The notes beneath the pieces are model-generated. The model was given only the letters and a program-made list of their open reading frames with translations, searched no databases and was not told the origin of the DNA. 64,000 nt of DNA from an uncultured candidate division Zixibacteria bacterium (GTDB lineage: Bacteria; Zixibacteria; MSB-5A5; GN15; FEB-12). The stretch lies in contig CAVTJJ010000004.1 in assembly GCA_963735035.1 (NCBI GenBank), positions 1,184,001 to 1,248,000 on the forward strand, in the 5' to 3' direction. This document shows positions 49,151 through 60,400 of the stretch, piece after piece (position 1 is the first letter of the stretch; each line of letters opens with the position of its first letter). Position numbers and translations under genes: made by a program.

Positions 49151-50185
49151 TTCGACGCCCAGCTTCTTCTCGATTTTCCGGACTCGCCTGAGCAACTCAG
49201 GGAGTCGCGCCAGCGCGGCGTCGATCCGCATGGTTTCCATCGCTTCCCTGGCAGGAGAACCGAACACGCTCCTGCCGGGGGGGATGGATTTGGCTACGCC
49301 CGATTGCGCGCCCACTCGTGCCCCGTCGCCAAGCTCAATATGTCCTACCAGACCGGCCTGCCCGGCCAGGATTACTCCATTGCCGAGCTTGGTCGAACCG
49401 GAAACACCCACCTGGGAGACGATGATACAATGCTGGCCGATTTCAACGTTATGGCCGATCTGCACAAGGTTGTCGATTTTGGTGCCGCGTCCGACTTTAG
49501 TGGGGCCGAGCGCGCCACGGTCGATGGTACTATTGGAGCCGATTTCGACGTCGTCCGCGATCTCTACCCATCCGACCTGCTTGATCTTCTTAAGTCCCGT
49601 CGGTGACTCAGCGAACCCGAATCCGTCCGAACCGATCACCACGCCGGGGTGCAATATGACCCGGTCGCCGATGCGGCAACCTTTCATGATCCTGACACCG
49701 GGGTAAATCAGGCTATTGCTGCCGAGCTTGACATTCTCACCCAGAAAGACCGACGAGACCAACTGGCATCCGGGGCCCACTACAGCGCCACGGCCGACGT
49801 GACACAAGGGCCCAACTGCCGCCGTGGGGTCTACCGACGCTTCCGGGTCTACAACTGCTGTTGGGTCGATACCGGCCGCCAGGAGCGGCTTGTCCGGATA
49901 GAGGAGATCGACAATCTGAGCGAATGCAAGATAGGGATTGGGATGGCGTAAGACCGGAAGGCGGTCACACGGCACGGCCGGTGCGAGAACAACCGCACCG
50001 GCCGTGGTGGTATCCAGAAATTTGGTATACTTGGCGTTGGCGACAAAGCAAATTTGCTCAGGTCCGGCCAACTCAATGGGGGCGGCGGATCGGACAATTA
50101 CCTGACCGTCGCCTTCAATTTCGCCGCCGACTCTGGCAGCCAGATCAGCCAGGGTGAAGTCCTGGCTATTGCTCGAGGGTTTCAA
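49139..50185 (-). CDS. lpxD: UDP-3-O-(3-hydroxyacyl)glucosamine N-acyltransferase
   Basis: NPYLAFA, hexapeptide repeats, IGSDGFGF, TIDRG and KIDNLVQIGHN motifs. Confidence 0.96.
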   Translation of the reverse strand: MKPSSNSQDFTLADLAARVGGEIEGDGQVIVRSAAPIELAGPEQICFVANAKYTKFLDTTTAGAVVLAPAVPCDRLPVLRHPNPYLAFAQIVDLLYPDKPLLAAGIDPTAVVDPEASVDPTAAVGPLCHVGRGAVVGPGCQLVSSVFLGENVKLGSNSLIYPGVRIMKGCRIGDRVILHPGVVIGSDGFGFAESPTGLKKIKQVGWVEIADDVEIGSNSTIDRGALGPTKVGRGTKIDNLVQIGHNVEIGQHCIIVSQVGVSGSTKLGNGVILAGQAGLVGHIELGDGARVGAQSGVAKSIPPGRSVFGSPAREAMETMRIDAALARLPELLRRVRKIEKKLGVESTD

Positions 50186-50714
50186 GCTTCGCCAGCACCT
50201 TTTCGGTCAGGTCGTACGATGGCTTGATGTAGCCCAGTCCGGATTGAAGCGTGAAGACTACGTCGTAGCCGCCTTCTTCCGCCACCAGTTGAATGGCTGA
50301 GTTGACTTTATCCAGGAGGGGCTTGATCAGCTCCATCTGCTTGGTCTCGGCGGAGCCGCTGGGACCGTAAACCTGTCGGGTATACGCATCGAGCGCGTCC
50401 TTCTTGACTCTGATGGCCGCCTCGCGCTCTTTCTTCTTGTCTTCGGATAGGATCAGCTTCTGCTTGTCATATTCCTGTTGCAACTCGTCCAGTTCGGTCT
50501 GCTTGGCCGCGGCCTCGTCATCCCAGGCCTTCATTTCGATATTCATCTGCTCCTGTGCCCGCGACCATTCGGGATAGGCGGCTTTGATCTTTTCGTCGTT
50601 GATGAAGCCTATTTTGACACCCTGCGCATGCGCCTGGTCGCCCGACACCAGAAAGAGCGGGGCCAGGGAAAGAAGGGTGAGCATCAGGTTCACTACACTG
50701 CGCATCCTTATCAC
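50166..50714 (-). CDS. skp: OmpH/Skp periplasmic chaperone
   Basis: Signal peptide, KIGFIN, coiled coil, GYDVVF...DLTEKVL; lies between bamA and lpxD. Confidence 0.9.
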   Translation of the reverse strand: MIRMRSVVNLMLTLLSLAPLFLVSGDQAHAQGVKIGFINDEKIKAAYPEWSRAQEQMNIEMKAWDDEAAAKQTELDELQQEYDKQKLILSEDKKKEREAAIRVKKDALDAYTRQVYGPSGSAETKQMELIKPLLDKVNSAIQLVAEEGGYDVVFTLQSGLGYIKPSYDLTEKVLAKLETLEQ

Positions 50715-50734
50715 TCCTTTTGTTGAATAAGCAA

Positions 50735-53233
50735 CTACCTAAATGTCGTACCTATTTGGAAATGCGGCTTCCAGCCGCGACCACGTCCGTTGGGGGGCGT
50801 ATCCAACGGCTTGGCGAAATCAAAGCCGATGGTGCCGATACCCGGAACCACCACTCTAAAGCCGAGCCCGGCGCCTTTATACAATCCACTTATGGGCTGT
50901 ATATCGTTAAAATGCAGCCAGGAATTGCCGGCATCAAGAAAAAGTAGCATGTAAATTTGATTTTCAATGACCGGGAGCTGAACTTCCGCGTTGGCGACAA
51001 TCATATATTTTCCGCGTACCCGGGTAGTGAAACTGTGGCTAACGAGCATCGAGTCCGGCTTCGTGACGCGGGGATCAACCTCGGTAGTGTCTTTGTAATA
51101 CCAAATTGCCGTGTCGGTGCCGGTCACCGTGGAGTCGGGGGTCAGAGTGCCGTCGTCATAGCCGCGCACAATGCCGTCGTATGCCGTACCGCCCGGGTTG
51201 AACCGATCCGTAATAAGAATATTGTGATCCTTGGTGTCGTTCTTGCCGCCTATCACCGCACCGAGCTGGAGCTTGGTCGCCAGGGAGAATTTCCAGAACA
51301 GTGGTACAAACTTGGCCAACTCGACACTATGTACTTGATACCGCCAGAAGCCGCCCAGGAAGCCGGTTTTGTCCCAGGTGTACGACATGATCGAACCCTT
51401 GGTGGCAAACTCGGGCAGGTTGCGCGAGTCCCGAACGAAGGAGAGAGATATTCGAGAGGCGGTATTCCAGCCTTCCCGGTAAGACAGGATTGAACCCGGT
51501 AGAGGCTGGCCGACCGTAAGCTCGTCTTTGGACAGATTCTCGACCGTGCCGCTGTCAGTGATCTTGGTCCAACGATAGTGGTAACTTGTGCTCGACGAGT
51601 TCTGTGCGGCAAAAGCCTTGTCAAAGTCGGTGAACCGGTTCCGCTCAAGGCGATACGACGCATATACCCGGGAGTAGTTGTCGGGCCATCTCAGGCGACG
51701 ACCGAGGCGTATCGAGCCGCCCTGGCGTTCTTCGGTGTACTCGCTATACCAGCGCTGATTCAGGCCGAACAGATCAATCCCGAGGAGAGTCGGGCGGCCA
51801 AACAACCACGGCTCCGTAAAGGAGACCGAAAGGGAGCTGCGGGTGCTGCCGAAGTCGACATTGAAATTCAGGGACTGGCCGTTACCTCTGAAATTGGGGA
51901 TACCCATACCGACCGTGCCAACTACCTTGTCCTGGCTATTGTACCCGGCCCCCGCCGAGACCTGACCGGTTTGCTTTTCTTCGACTTTGAACTCGAGGTC
52001 AACGTCGCCGTTGGGGAGATTCACGGGCACCGGCTCGACGTTGGTAAAGTAGTTCAGCGCCATGACTTCGCGCACCGAACGGATCAGCAAGGACCGGTTG
52101 AAAGTCTGACCGGGCCGCACCGGGATTTCCCGACGGATCACGTTTTCCTTGGTGCGTGTGTTGCCCTTGATGTGGATCAGGTTGATACGCGACGGGGTCC
52201 CTTCGGAGATGATATACTTGATATCGATAATAGAATCAGCCCGGGTCGTACGCTCATCGAGAACGCGGACGTGCAAATGACCGACTTCCTGATAGGCAGA
52301 ATAGAGTTCGGAAAGTGATTGGTCGTATTTTTCGGAATCGAATACGGTGCCGGGCTTGTGTTTCAAGACTGTCGCGAGAAGGGGTGTCTTGAGTACCTCG
52401 TTGCCTTCAAAAGAGGATTCGCCAAAATAGTATTTTGGGCCTTCGTAGACGTCCAGGTAGATCGTCATCCGGTTGGCGATCGTATCGATATGCATAGAGT
52501 CGGAAATCAGAAAAGCGTCGATGTAACCTTTCTTCTGGTACTCCTTGATGATCTTCTCTTTGTCCTCCTCGTACTTCTCCTGAGCGAAGGTAGAACTCTT
52601 GAGGAAACCGCGCTTGCGATTGCGCATCTTGCCGACCAGGTCACTCGCTTTGACCCGCTGATTGCCGGTCATAACCACGCTCTCAACCTTGACCTTGGAC
52701 TTTTCTTTGATGTCGTACTTTAGAGAAGCTTCGGTGGAATCGGCATTGTACGTCAGGGCGCCTTCAACCTCGGCCTGGAAATACCCCTTCTTGGCGTAAG
52801 TGTCGAGGATCGTCTGTCTCTTGGAATGAATCAGATAGGGGGAGATATATCCGCCGACTCCAAGCCCGAGGTCCTTCTTGAGGTCATCGGATTTGATCTT
52901 CTTATTGCCGCTGAATTCGAGCCCGGTCAGCTTGGGGAGCTCTTTGACGACAATGAACACCTTCAGACCGCCGGGAACTTCCCTGGCATCGATCCGGACA
53001 TCGGAGAAGATATTGAGACCGTAAAGGCGGTGAAGTGTATTCTGGATGATCGTCGGGGTCAGGGGAGACCCCTTGGCTATCGATGACACTCCGAGGACGA
53101 GGGAGTTAGTGGCAATTCGGTTGCCGACCACCTCAATGTCCACCACGGTATAGTCAGTCTGGGCTACCGCCGCAGCGGCCAGTGCCAGAAGAGAAATCAA
53201 GATGACAAGAGCGGTCCCTGCTCGGGGTGTCAT
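50735..53233 (-). CDS. bamA: Outer membrane protein assembly factor BamA
   Basis: Five POTRA-like repeats (GN.., Y...GY), SFTEPWLF, loop-6 VRGY and IGFDFA motifs. Confidence 0.95.
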   Translation of the reverse strand: MTPRAGTALVILISLLALAAAAVAQTDYTVVDIEVVGNRIATNSLVLGVSSIAKGSPLTPTIIQNTLHRLYGLNIFSDVRIDAREVPGGLKVFIVVKELPKLTGLEFSGNKKIKSDDLKKDLGLGVGGYISPYLIHSKRQTILDTYAKKGYFQAEVEGALTYNADSTEASLKYDIKEKSKVKVESVVMTGNQRVKASDLVGKMRNRKRGFLKSSTFAQEKYEEDKEKIIKEYQKKGYIDAFLISDSMHIDTIANRMTIYLDVYEGPKYYFGESSFEGNEVLKTPLLATVLKHKPGTVFDSEKYDQSLSELYSAYQEVGHLHVRVLDERTTRADSIIDIKYIISEGTPSRINLIHIKGNTRTKENVIRREIPVRPGQTFNRSLLIRSVREVMALNYFTNVEPVPVNLPNGDVDLEFKVEEKQTGQVSAGAGYNSQDKVVGTVGMGIPNFRGNGQSLNFNVDFGSTRSSLSVSFTEPWLFGRPTLLGIDLFGLNQRWYSEYTEERQGGSIRLGRRLRWPDNYSRVYASYRLERNRFTDFDKAFAAQNSSSTSYHYRWTKITDSGTVENLSKDELTVGQPLPGSILSYREGWNTASRISLSFVRDSRNLPEFATKGSIMSYTWDKTGFLGGFWRYQVHSVELAKFVPLFWKFSLATKLQLGAVIGGKNDTKDHNILITDRFNPGGTAYDGIVRGYDDGTLTPDSTVTGTDTAIWYYKDTTEVDPRVTKPDSMLVSHSFTTRVRGKYMIVANAEVQLPVIENQIYMLLFLDAGNSWLHFNDIQPISGLYKGAGLGFRVVVPGIGTIGFDFAKPLDTPPNGRGRGWKPHFQIGTTFR

Positions 53234-53249
53234 GAATCAGTCCGCAACC

Positions 53250-53567
53250 TTAGTGAGGCGCCACGATTTTCTTGATTTTGATCTCAGAGAAATCCTGGCG
53301 ATGCCCCTGGGTGCGGCGATACTTGGTCCGCCGTTTGTACTTGTAAATCAGCACCTTGTCATCTTTACCGTTGGAGATAAGCTCAGCCTTAACCGACGCG
53401 CCGACAACTGTGGGGGCGCCGATCAAAGTCGTGTCTTTGTCCTTCAGCATCAGGACCTGATCGATGTCAAAGGCTTTGCCGACTTCGACCTTTTGGAGCG
53501 GCACTCTCAGGGTGTCGCCTTCCTGAGCGCTGTACTGAAATCCGGACAATTGGAAAATAGCCTGCAT
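53250..53567 (-). CDS. rplU: 50S ribosomal protein L21
   Basis: IGAPTV and KYKRRTKYRRTQGHRQ motifs. Confidence 0.95.
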   Translation of the reverse strand: MQAIFQLSGFQYSAQEGDTLRVPLQKVEVGKAFDIDQVLMLKDKDTTLIGAPTVVGASVKAELISNGKDDKVLIYKYKRRTKYRRTQGHRQDFSEIKIKKIVAPH

Positions 53568-53818
53568 AGGCATCCTTTCAAACCTACTAAACCGTTACTT
53601 TTCTGAACAAGCCTCAAAAGGTAACGGATTGGGCTGACAAGTCAAGTTCAATCTTGGTACGAGTACCACAACGCTTTGTTACGTCTACCATTAGACGTCC
53701 CAACTAGAGCCGGGTTCCATAGTGTTCGAGCCGGTCGGGCCAAAAGTGACCGAAATCTTTCGCCCGAAGGGGAACCGGAGTACTATATTATGGGGTTTGA
53801 CCCCGAAAGGAAAGTGCG

Positions 53819-55870
53819 TTGGCCGATACAAGTCGCAGATCGATTCTCGAGACGCCGGATGAGTTTCGCCTGGAGTCGCCCTACCCGCCCAAGGGGGATC
53901 AGCCGACCGCGATCGTCGAACTTCTTGAGGGTCTGAGGGCCGGCCGCAAACATCAGACCCTGCTGGGCGTGACCGGGTCCGGAAAAACCTTTACGATTGC
54001 TAACGTCATCGCCCAGTACGGCAAGCCGACCCTGGTGATCTCCCACAACAAGACCCTGGCCGCCCAGCTCTACGGGGAACTTCGGGCGTTCTTCCCACAC
54101 AACGCCGTCGAGTTCTTTATCAGCTACTACGACTACTACCAGCCCGAAGCCTATCTGCCCACGACTGATACATATATAGAGAAGGATACCCAGCTAAACG
54201 AAGATATCGACCGGCTGCGCCTTAGGGCTACCGCCTCGCTTCTGCAGCGCAAGGACGTAATTATTGTCGCGTCGGTATCTTGTATCTACGGCATCGGTTC
54301 TCCCGAAGAATATAAGCGGCAGATGTTTACGCTCGAAGTAGGCACTGAGACCGACCGGGATGCTGTTATCCGCCAGCTCATTTCAGTACACTACAACCGG
54401 AACGATGTCGATTTCAGCCGGGGCAACTTTCGGGTGCGCGGTGATACCATCGAGATGATTCCGGCCTATCACGAGAACGCTCTTCGGTTCGAATTCTTCG
54501 GCGACGAGCTGGAGCGCATCTCAGAAGTCGATCCCTTGACCGGAGAGATTCTGAACGAAAAGCCGAGAGTATCGATCTACCCGGCCAAGCATTTTGTGAC
54601 GTCACGGCAGATTCTGGACGACTCGATCGGTGAGATCGAGCGAGAACTGGCCCGGCAACTGGAAGTGTTCCGTCGCGAAGACAAACTCCTCGAAGCTCAG
54701 CGCCTCGAAATGCGTTCCAAGTACGATCTGGAGATGCTCAAGGAGATCGGCTATTGCTCCGGCATCGAAAATTACTCCCGTTACCTGACCGGACGCAAGG
54801 AAGGGGAGCGCCCGAAATGCCTGATGGATTTCTTCGAAGGGGATTTCCTTACGATCATTGACGAATCCCACCAATCAGTCCCACAGATCCGTGGCATGTT
54901 CGCAGGCGACCGCAGCCGCAAAGAAGTTCTGGTCGCTCACGGGTTCCGGCTGCCATCGGCGATGGATAATCGGCCGCTCTTTTTCGAAGAGTTCGAGCAA
55001 TTGCAAAAGCAGGTGATATATGTCTCGGCCACTCCGGCCGAGTACGAACTCACGAAATCGGAAGGCTTGATTATCGAACAGGTGATCCGTCCCACCGGAT
55101 TGTTGGATCCCATTATCACTGTCAAGCCGCTGGCGACTCAGGTGGATGATCTGCTGGAGGAAGTGCGGGGACGGGTCGCAAGGAACGAGCGTGTGCTCGT
55201 TACCACTTTGACCAAGCGGATGGCCGAGGACCTCACCGATTACATGAGCAAGCTGGGCGTGAAAGTCCGGTATCTCCATAGCGAAATTCATTCGATTGAG
55301 CGAACCGAACTGATTCGGGATTTGCGGCTGAAGAATTTCGACGTGCTGGTGGGTGTCAACTTGCTACGCGAAGGGCTTGACCTGCCGGAAGTTTCTTTGG
55401 TGGCGATTCTCGACGCCGACAAGGAAGGATTTCTGCGCTCGGAACGGTCGCTGATTCAGACTGCCGGACGGGCGGCGCGAAACGTCAATGGCGAAGTGAT
55501 CTTCTACGCCGACAAGATCACTGATTCTATGCGAAAAGCTATTGACGAGACCAATCGCCGTCGTACCAAACAACAGGCGTACAACCAGGAACACGGTATT
55601 GACCCGCAGACCATATTCAAGACCCGCGAGGAAATCCTGCTGTCGACTCAGTTTGCCGATACCCGGTCGGCCGAAGTTCCGACTTTCGAGAAACCGAAGA
55701 ATTTCGAATTGATGTCGGCCGAGGATCAACTCGCGTTCCTGGCGCGCACGATGAAGAATGCCGCCGAAAACCTCGATTTCGAAACTGCGATTCTTATTCG
55801 GGGCGAGATTGAAGAACTTCAGAAGAACACGAAAAAGGGTCGCACAAAACGGTTCGGGCGGAGTCATTAG
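53819..55870 (+). CDS. uvrB: Excinuclease ABC subunit B
   Basis: [28 protein letters not shown] and QTAGRAARN motifs; C-terminal UVR domain. Confidence 0.97.
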   Translation: MADTSRRSILETPDEFRLESPYPPKGDQPTAIVELLEGLRAGRKHQTLLGVTGSGKTFTIANVIAQYGKPTLVISHNKTLAAQLYGELRAFFPHNAVEFFISYYDYYQPEAYLPTTDTYIEKDTQLNEDIDRLRLRATASLLQRKDVIIVASVSCIYGIGSPEEYKRQMFTLEVGTETDRDAVIRQLISVHYNRNDVDFSRGNFRVRGDTIEMIPAYHENALRFEFFGDELERISEVDPLTGEILNEKPRVSIYPAKHFVTSRQILDDSIGEIERELARQLEVFRREDKLLEAQRLEMRSKYDLEMLKEIGYCSGIENYSRYLTGRKEGERPKCLMDFFEGDFLTIIDESHQSVPQIRGMFAGDRSRKEVLVAHGFRLPSAMDNRPLFFEEFEQLQKQVIYVSATPAEYELTKSEGLIIEQVIRPTGLLDPIITVKPLATQVDDLLEEVRGRVARNERVLVTTLTKRMAEDLTDYMSKLGVKVRYLHSEIHSIERTELIRDLRLKNFDVLVGVNLLREGLDLPEVSLVAILDADKEGFLRSERSLIQTAGRAARNVNGEVIFYADKITDSMRKAIDETNRRRTKQQAYNQEHGIDPQTIFKTREEILLSTQFADTRSAEVPTFEKPKNFELMSAEDQLAFLARTMKNAAENLDFETAILIRGEIEELQKNTKKGRTKRFGRSH

Positions 55871-55886
55871 GTGTGTAAGGTTAAGT

Positions 55887-56831
55887 ATGAAAAGAAGTGT
55901 CTTGATCGGTAGTTTTGCGTTTTGCCTCTTGGGATTGGTCGCACTTTCGTTTTTCGGGGGCTGCAGTGAAAAGGAAGTGCCGGTCGTAGTTGATGAGGAC
56001 GAAATTTCTAAATATATCAGCCAGGTGGGTATTGCCAAGGAGCTCTTCAGGACGACCGGGTTGATAAATGAGACCCCTTATTCCGTACCCTTTGACAGCG
56101 CCATTATCACCGATCGTGTCCTCAGTAACACCCGTTCTATCGAAGTGCATCTGGTGCCACTGAAAATCGTCAACTACTACGGCGACACGGTTGAAAACGC
56201 ACGCGAACATGTCTATGTCGATCATGGTTATCTGGGACAACTGCGCGAGAGTCTGGTTCAGGTCAAGGATCTCATGGCAGTTGAAACCAAGTTCGCCTAC
56301 TCCAAAGACACTCTGTTTGACACCAACGAGGTTACGCTTAACCGCTACGGCTTCTTCCTCAAGATGGGTACGGATGCACGCGACTACGCAGGCTGGATTC
56401 TTTGGGGCTTCAACGGCTTGGGCAAGAAGACGAGAGTCGGAGTCACTCTGAAAGGTTCGGGCGGTGTCCATTTCCGGGGTGATCTGGGTCTCTACGATGA
56501 AGAACCAGTCTCGGATTCCGGGCACATCCCGCATATACACTATAGACGCCTTACAAACATGGATACGGTGGCTCTGGGTAGTCGTCTGCTCGTTTCAACC
56601 GAATGGGCGTCGTACGACAGCACACCTACATACCAGTTGGCGTCCGATTATGACGTCGATGGTTCATTCACGCGTCCGATGTATCGATATGACACGGCGA
56701 ACTTCGTTGACAGCCTCTCATATCAGACTCCGGCTTCTGATCCGCGTCTATACAACGAGTTGATGATCCAATCCATAGATTCGTTGACCTTTCCGAGACG
56801 CAGATTGTTCGTTGTTCCCTATAGAAGATAG
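55887..56831 (+). CDS. Hypothetical lipoprotein
   Basis: MKRSVLIG...LSFFGGC lipoprotein signal; many D-S/T-x motifs. Confidence 0.7.
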   Translation: MKRSVLIGSFAFCLLGLVALSFFGGCSEKEVPVVVDEDEISKYISQVGIAKELFRTTGLINETPYSVPFDSAIITDRVLSNTRSIEVHLVPLKIVNYYGDTVENAREHVYVDHGYLGQLRESLVQVKDLMAVETKFAYSKDTLFDTNEVTLNRYGFFLKMGTDARDYAGWILWGFNGLGKKTRVGVTLKGSGGVHFRGDLGLYDEEPVSDSGHIPHIHYRRLTNMDTVALGSRLLVSTEWASYDSTPTYQLASDYDVDGSFTRPMYRYDTANFVDSLSYQTPASDPRLYNELMIQSIDSLTFPRRRLFVVPYRR

Positions 56832-57275
56832 TTGCTTTCGACATACTCTCTCAGATTGGATGCGTGTCAACGGCCCGGTCCAGAGGTTCCTCACTCTGAT
56901 TTGTCGAGATTCACGGCTTAACGGTAGCCCAATAATCGCAGATGTTGCGTCGGCAGAAGAACCGTAAACAGGCTCCAACACGCAGATATGCAGTCGTCAG
57001 CAGGTCGGTGTTTCTGATCAGCGGACAGTATCAATTGGAAATCGGCCAGGCGATCAAGCGGCTCCGACGCGAGGCAAGAGAGGCTAAGATTCTGTTAGCC
57101 AACGAGAAAGCTCAGGGACACGTGGGCTTGATGCGCAATACCACCGACATAAATGTACACTCCGGTTCACAGTTGACCGGAAAGCCTTTTATGAACCCCT
57201 TGCGGACCACCCAGTTAACCCTTTGCTGAACTTGGCGTGATTCTTGCAGCCACCGGGGATAACCGGGCCTATACC

Positions 57276-57303
57276 TTGACTTTCCGGCCAAAAGAGCTAT
57301 ATT
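57276..57303 (+). promoter_or_regulatory. Putative sigma70 promoter of the giant repeat protein
   Basis: TTGACT-N16-TATATT. Confidence 0.55.
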
Positions 57304-57492
57304 GAAATGCTTGTAGGAACTGACGGCTTTACTAATCAAGCCTTACTGCCCCTAGGTCCCACGAGAAGCTCTTGGCTGATTGAAAATAGCAGAGTCTTCC
57401 GGATGAGGTCCGCTGGTTTTTTTTGGGATTACCGAGCCTGACCGATTCGTGTGGGATCGGATAACCGGTTCGGAATCGCGCTTGGAGGAAAG

Positions 57493-60400
57493 ATGACGAG
57501 ACGAGGGTTGCTCCTCTGCCTACTGACGACACTAATCCTTCTGACCGTTCCTAACACCAGTCTATTCGCACAGACCGGTTCATATGATCCGGACTGGGCG
57601 CCGACCATTACCCTGCCGAACGATACCTCGGTGGTATGGTGCCAGGCCAATTCGATCTGTTATCAGATCAGTGGCTCGGACCCGGATGCGTCTGACTCCA
57701 TCTGGATGTCGCTGGTGAGCGGTCCGATCAATTTCACACCGGTGCTTTTTGGGAATCAGTTCACGACGACGGTTTGTTTCCAGCCGGAAGGATCAGGTGT
57801 CTACGCGTTCATCTGGCGTTTTGTAGATCGTCAGAACCATGTGGTCATAGACACCGTGACGTATACGGTCGAACTGGGCGCGCCGCCAGTTATCAATGAC
57901 CAGCAGTTCACCGCCGAGTTGTGCGATCTGCACGCACCGCGCGTACTGCCCCTCAGTTATTCAAGCCCGGGGAGAGCGGTAGCTTTCGAACTACTTTCCG
58001 GTCCCGGGACAATCGATCCTCTGACAGGTGTCATTACCTACCAGCCGGACACGTCCGGTGTTTTTGCGTTTAATGTCGCGATTCAGTCCGACTGCGGTGG
58101 AGACACCGCCCTTATCACCGATCACCTGACTTTGAACATGCCGCCTCATTGTATCGGTTTCGATACGACTATTTACCTGTGTAATGTAGAAAAGATTTGC
58201 TACGATGTTTTCGCCTCTGATCCCGAGGGAGATCCGATTCAGATCACGATGCCGGAAGGCGCCGGTACGTTTGTCCAGCTCAGTGACACCTCGGGCCAGA
58301 CCTGCTTCACGCCGCGTAACCTTGATTCAGCGCGTTACTACTTCATCTTCCGCGCGGCCGACAGTTGCGTTCTGCACGCGGGTGGACAGGCGGGAGAGCC
58401 GTATTGTTGTGTCGATACGGTCGTCATAGATGTGGTTATCACTCAGCCGGGCCAGATTGCATGCCCGACCGATTCTACTTTCAAGCTGTGTGTTCCTCCG
58501 GAGACGATGCCTGCCTCGATCTGCTTGCCCGGCTTCTCCAGTACCTGGAAGAATTCGGCTCTATCTTTCGGCACTCTCAAGGGCGACACGCTTTGTTTCG
58601 AGGCTGACACGCTCGGGACTTACACGATTCGTTACGTCGGTTCTGACACCTGTGGTCACGCCGACACCTGCGAGACCAAGGTCAAGGTTGAAGGCAATCA
58701 TGTGCCGTACGTAACCATGGCCCAGGACTATAGTATCAGTCTATGTACTTCCGAAGCGATCTGCTTTGCGGCGTCGGCCGATGATCTCGATTTTGACCTC
58801 GAAGGCGTTTCGGTCAATTACGGTCAGTTCACGCAGTCATCCGGAACGATATGTTTCGACGTGGACACTTCCGGCGTTTACCAGATCATTATGCGTGCCT
58901 GGGACAAGTGCGGCGCGGATGCTGTCGATACCACCCTGGTTACCGTGCTGAGACACGACCCTCCCACGATCAGCCTGGGCGAAGACCGGGCGATTGATCT
59001 TTGCGAACAGCAGGAGATTTGCCTTGATGCGACCGTGACCGGGGCGGACGAAGTCAAGTTCTTCTCCACGTCGTCCGGTGCTTACTACAATCAAGAAACC
59101 GGCAAGGTTTGTTTCACACCAACCCAGAGCGGACGCTATGAAGTGTTCCTGCAGGCGTTGGACAATTGCGAGCGCGTCGTAGCTGACACGGTCGTGCTTA
59201 ACGTGACCGTAGGCCACGCGCCGACCATCTCCAGCTTCCCCGATAGCACAATCTATCTTTGCTACCCGCGTGAGATTTGTCTCGACCTGAACATTGCTGA
59301 CCAGGATAATGACATCGTCAGCGTCAAAGTAAACCGGGGCAAGTACACCAATAACCAGTTCTGTTTTATTCCGTACGGCGAAGGCGACTATCCGTTGATC
59401 GTGACCGTGACCGACAACTGCGGCCATATCGTGATAGACACCGCCCACGTGACGGTCAAGACCGACCAGGGTATCAAGCTGGTGACGCCGGGCGATACGA
59501 CGATCTTCCTCTGTCAGCCGGACACTATCTGCTTCCCGATTGGGGGCGTTCCGGACGGCGCTAAAGTTACCGTCAAGGGCATTGCCACCTTCTGGGACGA
59601 TGCCACCAAGTCAATCTGCTTCTACTCGGACTGCTGTCTTGAAAACAAACTGACCGTTTCGGTAACGACGGACTGCGGCACTTACTCCAAGTCGTTTACG
59701 GTCGATGTCCAGACCAACAGCAAGCCGCTTGTGGTGCTCCCGAAGGACACCACAATATTTCAGTGCCAGCCGGCCACTATCTGTCTGCCGGTAGGGATGA
59801 GCGACATCGACGGCAATATCGCGTCGGTTTCAGTCACGAGTGGTCGTTACGACGCTTATGACCGGACTATCTGCCTGGATCAGCTTCAGGAAGGCGCCAA
59901 TACGATAGGGGTGACGGTTACTGATTCCTGCGGTGCGACGTCGACAGACCAGATCGTGGTGACGCTTGATATGAACGACGCGCCCTGGGTCAATTCGACT
60001 TTGCAGGATACGGTTTTCAGACAGTGTGAATTTACTGAGATTCTCGTCCCGATTGAGTACGGTGACCCGAATGGCCCGAATGTCACGATCACTTTTGACG
60101 CCGGTACCAAGGTGGCGATTGATCTCAATAGCGGACGCCGAACAGGTGTTTATTACCTCCCGACCAAATACGGCGACCAGTGCTTCCACATCTTTGCTAC
60201 CGACTCTTGCGGTCTTGCGGACACGGCGACTGTCTGTATTAGCGTGGTCAAGCCCGAACCGGTCGTTATCACTTGCCCCGAGGTCATCAATAATACCCAG
60301 TGCGGCCCCGGTTCGGTCTGCGTTGACGTTCCGATCACCGGTGCATTCCAGACAGTAACTACGAACTACGGCACCTGGTCAAACGGCAAGTGGTGCATCG

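Noticed and set aside
56942..57229. 95-aa ORF between the lipoprotein and the giant protein
   Set aside because: No RBS, atypical composition and no recognisable motif; treated as non-coding.
57304..57492. Riboswitch in the ~185-nt leader of the giant protein (and in the ~165-nt leader at 19230-19394)
   Set aside because: Some hairpins and a T-run are present, but I could not match c-di-GMP, cobalamin or other known consensus elements; an Rfam/Infernal scan would be needed.
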